This document shows, one piece after another, positions 60,818 to 64,000 of a stretch of 64,000 nt of DNA; position 1 is the first letter of the stretch; each line of letters starts with the position of its first letter. Both the position numbers and the translations under genes were made by a program. The notes below the pieces were generated by a model. That model saw nothing but the letters and a program-made list of their open reading frames with translations, did not search any database and was not told the DNA's origin. Origin of the DNA: Hyphomicrobiales bacterium (lineage in GTDB: Bacteria > Pseudomonadota > Alphaproteobacteria > Rhizobiales > Aestuariivirgaceae); NCBI GenBank assembly GCA_043754325.1, contig JAYUVC010000184.1, positions 29,872-93,871 of the forward strand. The letters are read 5' to 3'.

Positions 60818-63448
60818 TTAACTTTCCTGTTGCGCCTTTTTTGAGGCGGTGTTGGCAATGAAGCGCGTATAAAGCCAGCCGACTCCGACGAGACACAGGC
60901 CAAGACCGATGACGCTGGCGATGCGCCACAGGCCGCCAAGCGAGAACAGGTCGTAGCCGAAAACTTTCAGAACAGTCAGCACGATCACCGCGAGGCCACC
61001 GTAGCGGATGGTCTGGCGATCAAGTTTGAGGCCCGCAATGAATATGCCGATGCCCGTCACCAGCCATGCCAGCGACACGGCATAGGATTCGGCTTGCGAC
61101 AGGAAATCGAAATCCATCTCCGGTCCCTGAAACTGGCGTTTGACGATCAAGGTTACAAACGTCATCAACAAGAGAAGTGTGAATGCACCAATGGCGCTGC
61201 GCAATTGCGACCAACCCAGGCTGTCAAGTTTACGGGCGATGAGGGCGAACAAGGGCACCGGCACGAGATAAGCCAGCCACAGGGCGTTGAACAGCTGTCC
61301 GCCCGCCACGGCATCGCCTGTGAAAACCGGGTTGCGGATCGTCAGTGTACCGATGAATGCGAGAACCGACGCGGCGAGCAGGATGCGGGCACCCCAGACG
61401 GAAACGAAAGTTGAATAGATGTGTTGGCGATAGGCCAAACCGTAAGCGGCCCCCAGCCAGGCGCAGCCATGGGCGGCAAGTTCGAGCAGGCCCAATTCGT
61501 CTTTCACAATGCCGCCACCAATCCAGACTCGCAGCACAAGGGAAACAAGTGCCACGGTCAAGCCCAGGCTTATGCCTTCGAAAGCGACACGCCAGCGCAG
61601 AAAGCCTTCGCGGTGCAACCACTTCGAGGCCTGCCAGAACAAGGCGGCTGGAACACCATAACCATAGATCACCCAATAGCCGCCCAAGGGCAGATCACGT
61701 GGTTCACCCCAGAATTCGCGACCGTAAAACAATCGGAGGGCCGCGAAGCTGGCGACGGCAGACGCAATGCCTGCAACATTCGGCAAGGCGATGGTGCGGG
61801 TGGCATAGGTCAGTGCTGCGGCGAAAGCTGCGATTGCCAAGGTTTGCCACACACCGTCGAAAGCGCGATCAAGCGCAAAGCAGCCCAGGAGTGCGATTGA
61901 GCCGAACAGGATTTCGATGCTGCGGCTTGTGTGGGGCTCGGTTTGATCCGACAGTTTTTGCCAAATCCCGAATGCGAGAGTCGCAGCAAGCAGCACTGCC
62001 ATCCCGGTCCAAGCTTGCCAGGACAGGGTGAAATCCGCCCTGCCCCAGGCACCAAACAGGAACAGGAATGCTGATCCGGCGGCAAGCGCTGCCCAAGGGC
62101 GCTGGTCAGGTTTCCAGATCATTCCCGCCAAGCCAATGGCGGTGAATGCAGCCATGGCGATAAACATGGTGTTGCGGAAACGCGGTGGTTCAAACAGGCC
62201 GGGCACGGTGGTCCAGAAACCGTGTTCGTCAAAGGCCCAGGTGTGGAAGCCCACATCATGCCAGGCCATCAGAACGATGAGTGTTGCGGCGGCGGCCAGC
62301 AGTGGTGCCGCAACAAAACCTTGTCGCAGCCAGCCAAAACCGACGATGGCAGCCATGCCGATGGCGAACATGACCAGTGGTAGAGTGGCATGGCCCGATT
62401 GCACGGCAAGGGCCGAAAGTATGAGGCTGCCCGCGATGCAGCCCGCAATGGCCACAGCCATGGGCGGTGCAATGGAACCGGGGACCAGTAGATTCCCCAT
62501 ATCATCGCCCAGAATTGCCTTGCCGCGCGGCACCAGGGTTGCGGCGGCACCGATGGCCAAACCGAAAATGCCGATTGGCAGGCTGGGGCTCAGGCCAAAG
62601 CCGTTGATCCAGATCAGCGCCCATCCCAAACCTGCGGCCAGTGCCGCATAGCCCAGCCACCACCAGTTCAATTTGCGCAGCAGCCACAGGGACGCGACCA
62701 CAATGACAAGCAGATAGGCGAAAAACCCCGATGTGCTGGGGTTATCAGATGATACAAGGGCCGGCGTGACGGTGGCACCAATGAGGCCGAGTGCTGCAAT
62801 CAGCGGGCCCTGCCGTGTGGCAAGCCACAAGGCCGCAAGACTGATGGCGGCAAGAACCGGAAAGCACACGGCGGGAGCGAAAATATTGTAAAGCGCATAG
62901 GCCGCATAAGTTGATCCATAGGCGATTACGAGGCCCGCCGCAGACAGCGCGGCTGGAACATAGTCCTTTACTTCTTCTCCGCGCTTCTGGCGCAGCCACT
63001 CGCCTGCACCCACAAGTGCGGCGGCTGCAAGCCAACCAATCAGTACACGGATGATGGGCGGAATGAGGCCGTTGTCGTGGGCATATTTGATGAAGAGCAG
63101 ACCACCGATGGCGATGGCAGCACCGCCCAGCCAGACCAGCCACCGCGAAGCGAGGGCTTGCTCGATGTTGCGGGGGAGTGCTGCTTCGTATGCAGGTGCA
63201 GGCGGTTGAACGAATTCTTCCAGTGGAGGTGCGGCATCGACAACTGCTTCTTGCGTCATTTCAGGCGGCGGTTTGCTGACAACTGAAATTGGCATGTCAG
63301 TGGCCAAGGGTTGAGTCGTCAGATTGGCGATCTCAGCCCTCAATTGGCGGATTTTTGTTTCAAGCGACGAGGCCTTCACCAAGGCCACAATGGCCAGCAC
63401 GGGGCTCACCAATAAAAACAGAATCGCCAGAACGAACAGTGCTTCCAT
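60818..63448 (-). CDS. DUF2339 large membrane protein
   Basis: WLVWLGG.AIAIGGLLFIKY, many TM segments, C-terminal LKVF.YDL..L.GLWRI.S.IGLG. Confidence 0.88.
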   Translation of the reverse strand: MEALFVLAILFLLVSPVLAIVALVKASSLETKIRQLRAEIANLTTQPLATDMPISVVSKPPPEMTQEAVVDAAPPLEEFVQPPAPAYEAALPRNIEQALASRWLVWLGGAAIAIGGLLFIKYAHDNGLIPPIIRVLIGWLAAAALVGAGEWLRQKRGEEVKDYVPAALSAAGLVIAYGSTYAAYALYNIFAPAVCFPVLAAISLAALWLATRQGPLIAALGLIGATVTPALVSSDNPSTSGFFAYLLVIVVASLWLLRKLNWWWLGYAALAAGLGWALIWINGFGLSPSLPIGIFGLAIGAAATLVPRGKAILGDDMGNLLVPGSIAPPMAVAIAGCIAGSLILSALAVQSGHATLPLVMFAIGMAAIVGFGWLRQGFVAAPLLAAAATLIVLMAWHDVGFHTWAFDEHGFWTTVPGLFEPPRFRNTMFIAMAAFTAIGLAGMIWKPDQRPWAALAAGSAFLFLFGAWGRADFTLSWQAWTGMAVLLAATLAFGIWQKLSDQTEPHTSRSIEILFGSIALLGCFALDRAFDGVWQTLAIAAFAAALTYATRTIALPNVAGIASAVASFAALRLFYGREFWGEPRDLPLGGYWVIYGYGVPAALFWQASKWLHREGFLRWRVAFEGISLGLTVALVSLVLRVWIGGGIVKDELGLLELAAHGCAWLGAAYGLAYRQHIYSTFVSVWGARILLAASVLAFIGTLTIRNPVFTGDAVAGGQLFNALWLAYLVPVPLFALIARKLDSLGWSQLRSAIGAFTLLLLMTFVTLIVKRQFQGPEMDFDFLSQAESYAVSLAWLVTGIGIFIAGLKLDRQTIRYGGLAVIVLTVLKVFGYDLFSLGGLWRIASVIGLGLCLVGVGWLYTRFIANTASKKAQQES

Positions 63449-63503
63449 GGTTCAACCCTAGACCACTTGCGCGCCGCTGTCGAACCCCGCAAAAGCCTGA
63501 GAC

Positions 63504-64000
63504 ATGGCATTGCGAAGAGACATTCAAACAACGGTTTATTCTCCAGACGCGGTGCGCTGGGAAGTGGCTACAGGTCTTGTGCCTTATGCCGACGCTGTGA
63601 TCCGCATGGAAGCCGAAGCTGCTTTGATAGCGCGGGGTGACGCCCATGAGCTTGTCTGGTTGCTGGAGCACCCTGCCCTTTATTCCGCAGGCACATCAGC
63701 CAAACCCGCTGATCTGATTGCGCCAGACCGTTTCCCGGTGTTTCAAACCGGGCGTGGCGGACAATATACTTACCATGGACCAGGACAGCGCGTTGGCTAT
63801 GTCATGCTCAACCTGAAAAAACGGGGCGGAGATGTGCGGGCTTTTGTGGCTGCTCTGGAACGCTGGATTATCGCAACGCTGTCTGATTTTGGTGTGACAG
63901 GTGAAACACGCGAGGACCGGGTTGGCGTTTGGGTGAAGCGAGCGGGGCGTGAAGACAAGATTGCTGCACTTGGCATTCGGGTACGGCAAGGCGTGTCATT
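63504..64000 (+). CDS. lipB: Lipoyl(octanoyl) transferase, 3'-truncated by the window edge
   Basis: Manual translation from ATG 63504: [47 protein letters not shown]. Confidence 0.95.
   Translation, partial: MALRRDIQTTVYSPDAVRWEVATGLVPYADAVIRMEAEAALIARGDAHELVWLLEHPALYSAGTSAKPADLIAPDRFPVFQTGRGGQYTYHGPGQRVGYVMLNLKKRGGDVRAFVAALERWIIATLSDFGVTGETREDRVGVWVKRAGREDKIAALGIRVRQGVS

Overview
Mostly core-genome alphaproteobacterial DNA with Hyphomicrobiales/Rhizobiales-like gene order. It holds about 55 protein genes and one tRNA-Lys(UUU): a partial Cu amine oxidase, GST, a UbiH-type hydroxylase, nlpD-like, an L,D-transpeptidase, folK, smpB, dapA, slt, hspQ, glmS/glmU, a polar amino-acid ABC operon with an M20 amidohydrolase, a ydcSTUV-like ABC operon, parE, hss, mfd-sdhE-recG, comEC-gltX-gltA, the rpsB-tsf-pyrH-frr-uppS-cdsA-rseP-bamA-fabZ cluster, a caspase/Sel1 fusion, DUF2339 and partial lipB. 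No CRISPR array, prophage or integrase was seen. Four things stand out. (1) The lipid A genes that normally flank fabZ here (lpxD upstream; lpxA, lpxI, lpxB downstream) are all absent while fabZ is kept, raising the possibility of a lipid-A-less lineage (needs a genome-wide check). (2) A REP-associated tyrosine transposase (RAYT) sits between gltX and gltA with GTAG-tipped palindromes, a perfect 37-bp inverted repeat upstream, and a matching REP doublet about 10 kb away beside an AT-rich gene that splits tsf from pyrH. (3) About 13 palindromic repeat loci of at least five families occur; one supplies the C-terminus and stop codon of a chorismate mutase and two sit right after ABC substrate-binding genes. 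(4) A peroxiredoxin-like protein has no cysteine at all. Product calls come from motif recognition by eye; no database searches were run.
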